DNA of 61,729 bases, filler included, from Stramenopiles sp. TOSAG23-6 (GCA_900128565.1; 2 parts of 2 records of this genome joined end to end with filler, not necessarily neighbours in it); one strand, 5' to 3'; positions 13,209 through 24,614 are shown, numbered from the whole stretch's first letter. Made by a program: numbers and translations. The notes: generated from the letters alone by a model not told the origin.

Positions 13209-16200
13209 ATGATTCGCAGTGCAATTGAAGCACTATTATCATCGGCCGGTGGCGATAATGACCACAGTGTAATTTTGAGCGTTGAAAAGTCTATGATTGA
13301 TTTGTGCCGCTCTCATCCTAAAGACATGCTTTCGGTTTGTTGTGAGACTCTACGTGATACAAGTGATGCAACGAAGCGTGGCGCAGTACTTCGAATTGTA
13401 GAGACTACAATGAGAGAAGTCGTATCGGAAACTGACGAGGAAGGTATCCGCCAACAAACATGTGAGCTTGTCTCACTGATCATAAAAGACGTTACTCAAA
13501 GACCTACTTCAGAGGCTGGTTCTGTTCTTGTTGGCGCAGCATCTTGTTTTCCAGATGTGGTAATTAACGCACTCTTGGAGCGTTGTGAAATCCCCGGAGA
13601 GGCACCACCGATCAAAATTGTAGACTTGTTAGGAAACGTAGCAGCCACAAATCCAGTAGTATTTGAAACCCGAGCAAAGGAAGTTTTTTCTGTGCTTCTA
13701 CCAACGCTAGGAACTATCAAATCAAAACAAATGCGAATTTCATTTTCACAAGCCTTTGGACAGTTTTGTGACGCGATAAATGTTGCAAAAGAGCAGTCAA
13801 AAGCACCCCCCAAAAACTTCAATTCTGAAGCATTGACTGCATATCAAGTAATATATGGTAATTGGCTTGGCGATTCTGCTGGGGATGTCCGAGGTGCCGC
13901 AGCTGAAGCTCTTGGTCGATGTTCACTGATTTTGAACCTGGAGACGAAGAGGCAGCAACTAGGTGATACCGTGCGCAAACTAATACAATTACTTAATCGA
14001 GCACGGGGGAAAACATCAGAGAGATTAATGATTCTTAGAGGGCTTTCATCTCACTTGAGTAATATTTCTGCTATGGGGTGTGAAGAAGCAGAAAACATTT
14101 TATTAGGTGAGATTAATATTATTTTAGAGGCACTTTATCCTCTTGCGTCCAATCGACCAACAGATGAGAATGACAGCACAATACTACGAAGAGATCTTTT
14201 AGTATATGCTGAAGTATTGCGATGTGTAGAAGCCCTTGCTTCTGGATCTGGTAAACTACTTGGTTGTGTGCAAAAGTTTTTGATTAATGTATTTGGGGCT
14301 TTTATTTTACCTGGGGCGAAACAATTTCCTCCAGAATCTGCTATAATTGCAACATGCACCTTACTAGCTCATCTCGTAAACTCTTTGGGGAAAACTACAG
14401 CAAATACAGAAAATATCGAAAATCTTCTATCGAGTGTCCGGTCTCTCACAGAAATAGGGGATATAAACAATGAGCGCGAACATCGAAGAATTTTGTCTCC
14501 TGCAATTAGACTTGCGGTCGCACAGCTCATTTCTGCATGTGGAACTGCTGGATTTCTACAAACTCAAGATGGTAACCTTAGGATGGGTGCACGACCTGCA
14601 ATTTTATTTATTCTACGACAATGTTCTATCGCGCCAATAGATGAAGAGAATAATCTTGTATCTTTTCGAAAGGGCAAAGGAGGGCGAGGATGTGTCTCAT
14701 TATCCCAGCTTCGAAATGCATGTGATAATGTGCTACTACATGTTTCCAGATGTACGCCTTGTCCAACTGTAACTATTCTTTTACCAGCTGTGATATCTCC
14801 GGAATATCAACATGCATTAGCGATTATTGTACATTGTCTAGCTACGCTTCACTCTAATGGTATAATTGATTACAACGATCCTTTATTACAAATACCTAAA
14901 AAATCACAATTAATGGCAAGATTAATGGTCGCAGCAAATGCTCCATTAACTGGTAGATGTCGTAAAGGACCTCTGCGAGATACAGCGTTGAAGTTACTAC
15001 AGCTCCTGTCTCATCGACTGAGTCCTGAGATTAAAGCAAACGCGCTGATAATTCCAAGCTGCTCACCAAAGGGAGAAAAAGAAAATAACTTCAATGTAAG
15101 TCAACCTGGGTGGCGTCAAACATTATTTGCAAGATTTAGAGGAACTCTTGCAGCTGCTGAAAAAGTAAACCCACAATGGGTAACTGCCTTGGGTCTTGCT
15201 CTCGCCGAACAATTATCAATGTACTCATCAGTTTGTAAAAGTAAAGACAAAGAAGGCAATTATATCGTCACTGAAAATTCTGTTCTTAAATCAGCAGGTA
15301 TTCGATACCTCGGAGCTGTTGCTGCGGCAAGCGGTTTACCAGAACTTGTCACTTCTATTATCGAATCAGGTCTTAACTCAATCGATCATTCAGATATGAA
15401 CCAAGTTCGCGCTTGTGCAGTTGGTATTGGAATGTCGGCGTCGGGTTCGCGTGCTCATTTAGACACTGCAATTGGTTTACTTGGAAAAAAACTTCGTATA
15501 GCTGCTGGTTCAGGAAAAAAAGTAGGAGGGTGGTTCGGATTTGGAGGGAAAGTGGAAGGAAAAGATGATGCGCTCCGGGGTTCGATTGCTATTTGTTATG
15601 GACAGGTTGCGTTTGCTGCACCTAAATGTATTAGATCGAATTTATTAAATCCGACGTCTCCGCTGCTACAACTAACAGATAAAACGACAACAACATGTCC
15701 AAAACTTCGTGAGAAATTCTTACGCTCATTATCTGATATTGCCGCTGCTGCTGGAACTCGAGGTAATAACGAATGTTTCGAATTGTCTCAACGAGAACAA
15801 TTTATTGATCTAACTTTAAGTTATATGCAATGTGATAAAAATGATAAAAAATCAGCAGATACATTGATTGATATTCGTGACGTAGGGGCTATGGCATGTC
15901 TAGAAATGATGAAATTACATCCAATGTTAAGTGGAGAAATTCATATACAAATTCTATCTCAAATGATCCATCTTTGGAATTTGCCATGGAAAAAGATATC
16001 CGAGGAAAATGAACCTCCCAGAGGCGATATTGTTGATATTATTGAAATGACACCAGATCCACAAACGAAACTATTTGCTGAAGGCAGTAGCTATAATAAA
16101 CTCTTACAGGCTTTAGTCACTCAAATTCCACAAGAATTATTTCACGAAAAACTCTCTGTGCAAATAAAAAGTGAAAATCGAAGATGCCGATTGCGTTCTA

Positions 16201-19025
16201 TGAATGCACTCTATGAAGTGTTACTCAAAACAGCGAGACAGTATAATGTGGGAATTAAATCGATAAAGTTTGCGATTAGCAAATGGGCAGCAACACTGAT
16301 ACCTCGATGCTTCGACTCCATGCCAGCTGTGCGTGCACAGGCAGCGAGAGCATGTTGTGCTCTACTTGATATTGCTAAACATGAGGCAAATATTACTTTT
16401 GATATACCAAAAGAAGATAAAGTCTCTCGTAGAGAAATGATTTGGGTAAACCTTGTGCTATCCGAAAGTACCTCAGATAATTGTGCCGGGGTCCAGCTAA
16501 TTGCTGCTGCATTTGCAGATGTCATGCCTTTCATTGCCCCATCATCAAATACGAGTGGAATGATCTATGACGGTTCCGAATGTACTGATGGTAAAGAACA
16601 CGTAACTCCGAAGGAAATAAATCCTCTACTATGTATGCTTCAAAGTCTGCTTGCCGTCGGTATCCGCGACTGTAAAAGTTGTGTAAGAGTTAGTTCAGCT
16701 GTTGCTCTTCTTGTAATATTAACAAAGGTTGTTAAAAGTGAAGCTATCAGCGGGGCAATTCCCTCCCTAGTACAAGATATTCTAAAAATACTTGGTGAAG
16801 TGTACGAAGAACTTGAAGAAGATGAAACAACAATACTGGACGTTGATTGGTATAAACCAAATGATGGTGCTTCAAATGATTGTAATGGACAACAGCCAAG
16901 ACTTTCTTGGGGGCGCTCAAGAATTAAAGCTGAAAGAGCAAAGTCACAAAAGAAAAGTTCTTACAATTATTCGCCTACTGAAAAGTCACACATTCAGCAG
17001 ACAAAAGCCCTCTTGCACCACTCTATATTGACTCTCGCAAATTCATATTTTGAAGTAGTGGTAAACCAAATTTTGAGATCTGTACTCCCACTCCGAGTGG
17101 AAGCTACATATTCTCTAGCAGTATTAGTTGGAGCACCAATTGAGATTGGGTTTAGCGTTGTTCGAGGCGAAACAATTGCTGAAAAATGGGCAGAGGAAAC
17201 TGGCGACACGAACCCTGCAAAGTTAAGTGTACCTACAAAAATGCGAACGCAAATGGTCCAAAAACTAATTGAACATTTAACAGATATTCTAAATAATGTA
17301 AAACCAATTTCGGAAACCAGTGAACCAAGTTCAGATAGTTCATCTTCAGGCAAAAACACTTTAGCTGGAATGGATTCAGTCAAGAAAATTAGTATTGAAG
17401 GAGCCCAACATTTGGTACACGCTACATACAATGCATTTTCTGCCGTCTATTTACTACCGAGTGGGATTCTTAATCCCTTTACTAGTAAGCATTTAGTTCC
17501 TCTAGTCGCCACTCTTTTATTGGGTATCTCGTGTATTCATTGTGCATGTTCACCACCAAAGACTAAAAATATTACAGATAGTCAAGAAGAGGAAAAACAA
17601 AAAGATACCAGATCACATCTTTTATTTGCCGCATGTGCGTCATTACGATGTCTCATTGACTGTGCAAAAGCAGGTTCCATGCGCACAGCTCTTTTGAATT
17701 CAGACATATTTGAAAAATTATGTTCCATTGAAGAGTACGACGAAGCTATCGCAAAAATCACAGAAATTCTATGCCTGAACGCGCCGTCTGTCTTGCGAAA
17801 CAGAGATAAAATTGCCACCGAGCAAATCGTGTCAACAAAGGCAACCAATACTATTGCACGCTCGATTTCTAAAGTGATGTCAATTTTTGTTACTCGGAGT
17901 AATAATGGACAAAGAATAGCTGCCACTGTTTGCTGCGCTGCTGCGGTTCCACACATTGGAAGAGGGCTAAAAGAACCGGAACTCGAGATGCTATTAACAC
18001 GTGTAACTGATGATGAACATTTAGCTCGCAAACACGCAATACGGGGTATTGGTGCATCTTTTAAGACGATCGAAGTATTGAATACTGAATGCACTTATCC
18101 TAAAATCATCAAAGCATTGGAAAAATCAGTCAATGATCCTTTTGGTAGTGTGCAATGCGAAGGCTTACTCGCTATTGAGTTCTTAACTAGTATGCTACCA
18201 TTATCGACACTAGAAAAGTATATTTCATCCATTCTGGATTCATGTTGTGAAACATTGACGGTACTTAGTGCAGATACCAGATGTGCTACACTTCAAGTCT
18301 GGGCTGGACTTCTTGCAAAATTTGGTAGCACTAGACCTAGCAAACGTATAATTGTTAATGCAATGAATGTACTTCCAAATGTATTGGCACACCTTCGAGC
18401 TAGACACGCAAAGACAAGACGAGCGGCCTTAAAATGTCTTTCACATTTATTCGTAGTGATGGGAAATGACTTTGATTCAGCTGCCGCAATATTAGTTCGT
18501 TACGGTGGCGAAGACGTAACGCAAGATCTTCGATTTTCCCAAGATCATGGTATTGATGAAACAAAAGGTATCGAAGTATTACAATCTAATTTTGCAACAA
18601 ATGATGATGCCACGAATGATGAAATATCTGATAATCGTAAAGAAGTCTCAGACTTTGATGCTTGTTTGAAAGAAATTATCCCTAAAATAATCCTGCAAAA
18701 TGGTTGTAGTATCCGCGAAGACTTGGTATTAAACATGATAAGCACGTGTAGAAATTTAATGCTTCAAACCGGAAACAAATCTAGGACAACTAATTTTTAC
18801 CATGATCAAGAAAGCGATATTGATGCCGATACTTGGGCCCCAATTGCTGCCAATGCTGCGATGATTGCTGCATCGATTGTCACATTTACCCCAGAGCACA
18901 AAAGAAAGAAAATCCATTCAAATGAAGTTTGTGCTGATATTTCTAAACTTTTGATAAACCATCCATCTGCCCCAGCAAGAAGTCGCGCAGCGCAGGCACT
19001 TGGACTCTTAGGTACATCATCTTAA
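13209..19025 (+). CDS. Maestro HEAT-like repeat protein (MROH1/HEATR7-like), intronless
   Basis: 1938-aa ORF with HEAT repeats (DVRGAAAEALGR, LIPRCFDSMPAVRAQA, RSRAAQALGLL). Confidence 0.65.
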   Translation: MIRSAIEALLSSAGGDNDHSVILSVEKSMIDLCRSHPKDMLSVCCETLRDTSDATKRGAVLRIVETTMREVVSETDEEGIRQQTCELVSLIIKDVTQRPTSEAGSVLVGAASCFPDVVINALLERCEIPGEAPPIKIVDLLGNVAATNPVVFETRAKEVFSVLLPTLGTIKSKQMRISFSQAFGQFCDAINVAKEQSKAPPKNFNSEALTAYQVIYGNWLGDSAGDVRGAAAEALGRCSLILNLETKRQQLGDTVRKLIQLLNRARGKTSERLMILRGLSSHLSNISAMGCEEAENILLGEINIILEALYPLASNRPTDENDSTILRRDLLVYAEVLRCVEALASGSGKLLGCVQKFLINVFGAFILPGAKQFPPESAIIATCTLLAHLVNSLGKTTANTENIENLLSSVRSLTEIGDINNEREHRRILSPAIRLAVAQLISACGTAGFLQTQDGNLRMGARPAILFILRQCSIAPIDEENNLVSFRKGKGGRGCVSLSQLRNACDNVLLHVSRCTPCPTVTILLPAVISPEYQHALAIIVHCLATLHSNGIIDYNDPLLQIPKKSQLMARLMVAANAPLTGRCRKGPLRDTALKLLQLLSHRLSPEIKANALIIPSCSPKGEKENNFNVSQPGWRQTLFARFRGTLAAAEKVNPQWVTALGLALAEQLSMYSSVCKSKDKEGNYIVTENSVLKSAGIRYLGAVAAASGLPELVTSIIESGLNSIDHSDMNQVRACAVGIGMSASGSRAHLDTAIGLLGKKLRIAAGSGKKVGGWFGFGGKVEGKDDALRGSIAICYGQVAFAAPKCIRSNLLNPTSPLLQLTDKTTTTCPKLREKFLRSLSDIAAAAGTRGNNECFELSQREQFIDLTLSYMQCDKNDKKSADTLIDIRDVGAMACLEMMKLHPMLSGEIHIQILSQMIHLWNLPWKKISEENEPPRGDIVDIIEMTPDPQTKLFAEGSSYNKLLQALVTQIPQELFHEKLSVQIKSENRRCRLRSMNALYEVLLKTARQYNVGIKSIKFAISKWAATLIPRCFDSMPAVRAQAARACCALLDIAKHEANITFDIPKEDKVSRREMIWVNLVLSESTSDNCAGVQLIAAAFADVMPFIAPSSNTSGMIYDGSECTDGKEHVTPKEINPLLCMLQSLLAVGIRDCKSCVRVSSAVALLVILTKVVKSEAISGAIPSLVQDILKILGEVYEELEEDETTILDVDWYKPNDGASNDCNGQQPRLSWGRSRIKAERAKSQKKSSYNYSPTEKSHIQQTKALLHHSILTLANSYFEVVVNQILRSVLPLRVEATYSLAVLVGAPIEIGFSVVRGETIAEKWAEETGDTNPAKLSVPTKMRTQMVQKLIEHLTDILNNVKPISETSEPSSDSSSSGKNTLAGMDSVKKISIEGAQHLVHATYNAFSAVYLLPSGILNPFTSKHLVPLVATLLLGISCIHCACSPPKTKNITDSQEEEKQKDTRSHLLFAACASLRCLIDCAKAGSMRTALLNSDIFEKLCSIEEYDEAIAKITEILCLNAPSVLRNRDKIATEQIVSTKATNTIARSISKVMSIFVTRSNNGQRIAATVCCAAAVPHIGRGLKEPELEMLLTRVTDDEHLARKHAIRGIGASFKTIEVLNTECTYPKIIKALEKSVNDPFGSVQCEGLLAIEFLTSMLPLSTLEKYISSILDSCCETLTVLSADTRCATLQVWAGLLAKFGSTRPSKRIIVNAMNVLPNVLAHLRARHAKTRRAALKCLSHLFVVMGNDFDSAAAILVRYGGEDVTQDLRFSQDHGIDETKGIEVLQSNFATNDDATNDEISDNRKEVSDFDACLKEIIPKIILQNGCSIREDLVLNMISTCRNLMLQTGNKSRTTNFYHDQESDIDADTWAPIAANAAMIAASIVTFTPEHKRKKIHSNEVCADISKLLINHPSAPARSRAAQALGLLGTSS

Positions 19026-19268
19026 CCTGTATTATATGTATAAAATACAGCATACGCTTTTATTAAAATTGATAAAATATAAATCATGCCCTTTTTCTAT
19101 TTTTATTTTATTTGAGGAGCTTTGCTTCTTGGACATGTACTTTGCTATTCATTCGTAGTAACAAATTCCAATAATTTACATAGTATTTATTTATAATTTA
19201 TTACATTTTGAATCAAAAGATGATTTCGATTTGTTTCAGTTTAAAATATGTTCAATACTGTCGCAACT

Positions 19269-21270
19269 TCAATCTATATCCTTATTAACGACTTTGTCGT
19301 AGAGCATTGGAAATCGATTCTTTGCATCATACTTTGCTTTTAATCGGTCATATTCAACACCATTAAAATGATTATGTACAAATTTACGTGAATACAAAAC
19401 ATCTGAATAAAAAGTCTTTCCGCCACCGTGTTCTTCAATAAGTGCATCGATTTGTCGATTATGCCAGTATTTTTCTCCCTTGTGAGCAGGGTTTCGGGGA
19501 ACTGAGCCAAATGCAGCAACATCCATCATCAAACCTTTCTGCTTCGGCTCCGCAACACATCGTGGTGGAGGCCATAATGTAGCATCGTCTGCAAGTTCGA
19601 GATGACTTCCAAATGTTGCCGGGCATATATTGTTAAAAAATATGTTTAGAAAAAAAAATCGTTAGGTACATATGAAAAAAAAATTAAATTCGAAATGGGT
19701 AAAAAAATAAAACAAACATATCCAAAAGGGCAACTTAGCATGCCCACCATCCAAAAGCTGTTGTATAAATTTGGAGGTTGTCTTGAGGGGTACACCCATA
19801 TCCTGAATGACAATTTCATCTTGATCCACTGGAAAAATCCATTTAGAAAAAATGTATTGTAAAATTTTTTTTTTTTTTTTTTTTTTTGGTTTAAAAAAAT
19901 CATCAGGTACAAAATTTTCATACAGAAAAAAAAAATTGGAATGAATGATGAAAACGTACATATTTAATATCCAATTCTTCATATATCGTAACTGTAAACT
20001 AAGTGACCATAAAACAGTGGATCGTAATACTCGACGTCCGAGTAACCAACGTACCCAAGGTATTCCCAAACGTATTGTGAAAAAATATTTTTTTTTTTTT
20101 TACGAAAAAAAAAATTGTTAGGTACAAAATTTTCTGCCAAAAAAAAAAAATTCGAAATTCAATTTTGAAAATGTACAAATGGAATTCCTAATGTACCCCA
20201 GAACATATCGGTGTCCCATCGCCAAAGATAATCATATATGCTCATACAGAAAACTCTGCTAGTATCACAAGCCAATATTACATCTAAAAAACGACCATCG
20301 TCAGGTAAGTCCTTTGGAAAAATATTCTAAAACATTTCAAATTCGTTAGGTACAAAATTTGGTACGAAAAAAAATCGAACTTGAAAAAAATAAAACAGAT
20401 AGTGAAAATGTACAATTTTACCAGAGGCATTTTCTTAAGCTTATTAGGGCAATTATTAAAAGCCACTTGGATGACCACACCTTCATTGGCTGATAGTACT
20501 AGTCCTTCAATGTAGTCAACTGATTTGATCTGAGGATTATGAGATTTGATGGTTGTAGAGATATGCGAACACTTTGTTGCGAGTCGACCGAGCTCCTCCA
20601 CTGCATCATTCAATGCCATCCGCCGAACAAAAACTGTCACAAAGGGTGAAATTTTCATTAGTGATAGCTTGACAGAAAGTGCATATCCAAGAGTACCATA
20701 ACTATGCGCGAAGCCAGAGAAAAGATCAGCGTTTTCGCCGTGCCTGTTACACAACAACACGCGTCCATCAGAAAGTAAGACTTCGAATTCAACTACCGTA
20801 TTATGAACGAAGCCATATCGCCAACTGGAACTTTCAATGGCGACACCCGAAAGTGCGCCGCCTACAGTAATGCTGTGAAGTATGAAAGTAGTGAAAGTGT
20901 TTTTAAAATGAATAATAACGTGAACAGTAGTTTGATAGGGGGAAGTTTAGTATTGCTTTTTAATAAACATTTCTTACGTATCCAACTCGGGCACAACCTT
21001 TGGTGCAAATCCCCTTGGCAACAGGAACTCGGTCAACATTTTAAATGGTGTTTTCCCACCTACTGTGACTGTACTCGCTTTGTTGTCAAAGTTGATGATA
21101 CCCACAAAAGCATTTAGATTTAGTTTTCCACCTGGAGTACGCTGGGCAGATTGCGCAAAGATCGTCGAGACATTTCCAGTTTGATCTAACCACATTAATT
21201 GTGTGCTAGCCTGCATCTGTTTCTGCGCTGTGTCTACCGCGAGCATGTAAGTATTCAGACCGAGCTTCAT
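19269..21270 (-). CDS. FAD-linked oxidoreductase, Delta24-sterol reductase (DHCR24)-like, 6 exons
   Basis: Motifs restored by removing 5 introns: VVPELDT|ITVGG, HSYGTLGY, DYLWRWDTDMFW, IVIQDMGVP, PFWI|CP, KYDAKNRFPMLYDKV. Confidence 0.85.
19625..19717 (-). mobile_element. Introner-like GT-AT intron (93 nt)
   Basis: ATAT|GTTTGT...TACCTAAC...ACAATATAT|GC restores PFWICP. Confidence 0.85.
19852..19959 (-). mobile_element. Introner-like GT-AT intron (108 nt, in-frame, no stop)
   Basis: AT|GTACGT...TACCTGAT...CAATACAT|T. Confidence 0.75.
20070..20176 (-). mobile_element. Introner-like GT-GT intron (107 nt)
   Basis: CCATTT|GTACAT...TACCTAAC...CAATACGT|TTG gives GIPF|LGIPW. Confidence 0.8.
20307..20413 (-). 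mobile_element. Introner-like GT-TT intron (107 nt)
   Basis: AAATT|GTACAT...TACCTAAC...CCAAAGGACTT|ACCT. The upstream AG is 5 nt short and would frameshift. Confidence 0.75.
20873..20977 (-). other. Canonical GT-AG intron (105 nt)
   Basis: AC|GTAAGA...TTCACAG|C restores PELDTITVGG. Confidence 0.9.
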
Positions 21271-21637
21271 TGTTTCCTTTATACTGAGTAGTGATTGCAA
21301 AGACTTTTGAACCTCGACTCGAGACGGAGAGTCGAGACACAAAAAAAGATAATCTCCGATACGATACTACGCGTAATAATATTATACACCGGGTAACGAT
21401 TTCAAAGATTTTTTGATATTTTGATATTTTATGAAAATTGAATTTATTTATCTTTTATTATGTACAAAGTTAGTTTGATTTTATAAAATAAAATCAAAAC
21501 TGTGATAAAATTACTTCAATTATATACATATATCACATCGCCATTCATTTGATTGAATTGTACATTATTACAATTGCAAATAATAAAACACTAATTTAAA
21601 AAAATGGATACTCAGTGATTCTTTCGTCCTCCTACAT

Positions 21638-23464
21638 TTATTGTATTTTTTCTTTTTTTATTGCTTCTTCACCTGCTGAAGCTGATGCAGCGTTTTGTTG
21701 CCGGTAAGACATAATCCGATTCGATATTGTTTTTGATAAGGCAGCAATTGTAGAATTTGTATGTTTTTGAAGACTCTGAATCATTTCTGTTGTACCTTGA
21801 ATTTCATCAATTTTTGCCGTGTTAATTAGACTGCTTTGTGTGATGAGCAGCAGTACACCAAGTGCAGTATGTAAAATATGAAGATTATTCTGATGATCCT
21901 TCAACGATTTTACAATTGTAGCAATAGCATCTTCTGTTGCTCCAACCTTTGTTTGATTATCGGGATGTTTATATGTGGTGTTCAACAGTACACCAAGTGC
22001 CTGTGATACAATTTTAGGATTATTTTGATGATCCTTCAACGATTTTACAACTGTAGCAATAGCATATCCTGTTGCTCCAACCTTTGTTTTATTATCAAAA
22101 TGTTTATATGTGATGTTCACCAGTACACCAAGTGCCTGTGCTACAATTGTAGGATTATTTTGATGATCCTTCAACGATTTTACAACTGTAGCAATGGCAC
22201 CGTCTGTTGCTCCAAACTTTGTTTGATTATCAGGATGTTTACATGTGATGTTCTCCAGTACACCAAGTGCCCATTTTACAATTAGAGGATAATTTTGATG
22301 ATCCTTCAACGATTTTACAACCGTAGCAATGGCACCGTCTGTTGCTCCAACCTTTGTTCGATTATCACGATGGTTGATTGTGATGTTCGCCAGTACACCA
22401 AGTGCAAATGTTACAATTTTAGGATTATTTTGATGATCCTTCAACGATTTTGCAATTGTAGCAATGACACCGTCTGTTGCTCCAACCTTTGTTTGATTTT
22501 CACGATGGTTAAATGTAATGGTCGCCAGTACATCAAGTGCCCATGTTACAATTCCAGAATTATTTTGATGATCCTTCAATGTTTTTACAATTGTAGCAAT
22601 TGCATCTTCTGTTGCTCCAACCTTTGTTTGATTATCGGGATGGTGAAATGTGATGTTCCTCAGTACAGCAAGTATATTTGCTACAATAGCAGTATTATGA
22701 TGATTCTTCAACAATGATACAATTGTAGCAATAACATCTTCTGTTGCTCCAACCTTTGTTTGATTATCAGGATGGTGAAATGTGATTTCCGCCAGTACAA
22801 CAAGTGAGTTTATTAAAACGCCATCATCAGAAGCATTTTTCATAAGCTCAATAATTTTTTCAGTATTAATATACACTTTGCAAGCTTCCTCACTCATTAG
22901 TAGTTTCGAAAGTATAAATAGCGATTGTTGAATAACATCATTAATATTGTATGTAAAAAATCCCTGCAAGACATTAAATATTTCAACATTTTCCCTGATA
23001 ACTCTTCTCTTTTCTGGAATCATGACCATGTTCTGCAGTTCCATGAGAATTAAGTCACATGATTTCATTGCTTGGGTTCGTAAATGCGGAGAATGTATTG
23101 GAATGGATTTATGTATCCCTTGATAGCAGTGTCCAGCACGGAGCTGTTGAATGATTGCTTTTACTTCAGCATCTGAGATTTTTTGACAACATTTCATGCA
23201 CAACCAGTAGTTACAAGATTTACACGCGGCCACATGCGTATGCTTATTAATGTGACACTTACACCCGTCACATATGCCGTGTCCATTGGCTTCGAAGTTT
23301 TGCAACTGGTGGCCAAGGTTACACGGACCTGAAACTCTACTTCGTTTCGCACTTGACACGTCAGTTCCACCTGCATGCGGTCGTTTAGCGTTAGCAGCTT
23401 TGATAAACACAAAGTTACTGATTGAAACGAGCAAACATAGAGTAATTAGAGTAACGTTTTTCAT
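21638..23464 (-). CDS. Armadillo-repeat protein with predicted signal peptide, basic NLS-like motif and Cys/His zinc-finger-like domain
   Basis: MKNVTLITLCLLVSISNFVFIKA; KRPHAGGTDVSSAKRSR; CDGC...CKSCNYWLCMKC; ~7 near-identical 43-aa repeats. Confidence 0.75.
   Translation of the reverse strand: MKNVTLITLCLLVSISNFVFIKAANAKRPHAGGTDVSSAKRSRVSGPCNLGHQLQNFEANGHGICDGCKCHINKHTHVAACKSCNYWLCMKCCQKISDAEVKAIIQQLRAGHCYQGIHKSIPIHSPHLRTQAMKSCDLILMELQNMVMIPEKRRVIRENVEIFNVLQGFFTYNINDVIQQSLFILSKLLMSEEACKVYINTEKIIELMKNASDDGVLINSLVVLAEITFHHPDNQTKVGATEDVIATIVSLLKNHHNTAIVANILAVLRNITFHHPDNQTKVGATEDAIATIVKTLKDHQNNSGIVTWALDVLATITFNHRENQTKVGATDGVIATIAKSLKDHQNNPKIVTFALGVLANITINHRDNRTKVGATDGAIATVVKSLKDHQNYPLIVKWALGVLENITCKHPDNQTKFGATDGAIATVVKSLKDHQNNPTIVAQALGVLVNITYKHFDNKTKVGATGYAIATVVKSLKDHQNNPKIVSQALGVLLNTTYKHPDNQTKVGATEDAIATIVKSLKDHQNNLHILHTALGVLLLITQSSLINTAKIDEIQGTTEMIQSLQKHTNSTIAALSKTISNRIMSYRQQNAASASAGEEAIKKEKIQ
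21880..22800 (-). repeat. Tandem ~129-nt coding repeats (ARM units), about 7 copies
   Basis: Recurrent NITxxHPDNQTKVGATxxAIATxVKSLKDHQNN. Confidence 0.9.
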
Positions 23465-23777
23465 TGTAACAAATAGTAGGGTTTGCAATAATTTGAGTTT
23501 TACTTGCGCGCGCACTTCTTGTAAACATTTCTACGTCTCTACGTCTCTACGCTGACTCTGTCAGCTGACCAACAGAAGTTTTTTTACTACACGAAATCAG
23601 GCACTTTGGTACATATATGCGAAATAATAGTAATATAGTCAGTCTATTACGCAACACTCTTCTTTTTGAAGTAGTAGAATCCTACCATCAATTTATTTCA
23701 CAAATCTAGTGTGCTATCAATAAATAGTTTGAAGCCAGAGATTTATCACAGTCTAACATATTATATTGATCAACGAA

Positions 23778-24614
23778 ATGGAACTTTGCAAGTATATTCA
23801 AATTGTTTTATTGTTGTGTATGCATCTACAACTCAACCTTGCCGCTCAAGAGGCTCAAGACAACCGCCTCTTCCATTTCATCTTTCCTCCAAACAACCTC
23901 TGGACAACGAACGAGTTCACCGCACTATCGAATGTGCCAATTACACAACAACAAGCCCAACAAGAGCAAATAAAGAAACAAGCTCAACACAAGCAACAAG
24001 CACAATACGGGCAACAAGCAGAACAAGCACAACAACAACAACAACAACAACAACAGCAACAAAAACTAGTACTACAAATACAACAACAACAACAACTACA
24101 ACTACTACGATAGCGTGCATTTTTTCAAGTAAACCCAATGAAGCTCGGTAATGCTCCATTATATATCAAGAGCAATCCTTTAATTGTCAAAGAAGCAGTT
24201 GAAAGTGATCCCAGTTCAATTCAGTTTGTAGGTGACCAACTTCTCAATGGAAAATTACCCGAAGTTTTAATAAACTACGCGATACAGAAAATGGCCGATT
24301 TGGTAAAACAAAATGGTATGAATCTAAAACGATTTGAATGGTTTTTTTATATTGATGAACATTCTATATTTTGCAAGTATCAGACTATTTTCGAAAACAT
24401 TGCAATGATGGCAATTTGTCAAAATAAAGAAGCAGCGAAATTTCTTCCTTATAACTTCAAACTTAAATTGCCATTTCAAATGTGGCTACGACTCCAAAAT
24501 GATGGTTCATATGAAGAATTTATTAAACAGCGCCAGGATTTGAAACAAGAGAGTGATGAATTGAAGTTGCGAATATCTAAATTTGCTCTTGAGAAGGGAT
24601 ATATTATTAATTGA
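23778..24614 (+). pseudogene. Putative secreted polyQ + DUF4116-like protein interrupted by a single in-frame TAG (24111-24113)
   Basis: ORFs 23766-24113 and 24138-24614 share a frame (QLLR*RAFFQVNPMKLG). Hydrophobic N-terminus; NPLIVKEAVESDPSSIQFV and LVKQNGMNL repeats. Confidence 0.55.

Noticed and set aside
23711-24159. PolyT and polyV ORFs
   Set aside because: Alternative frames of the CAA repeat; the polyQ frame has the leader and continues into the downstream domain.
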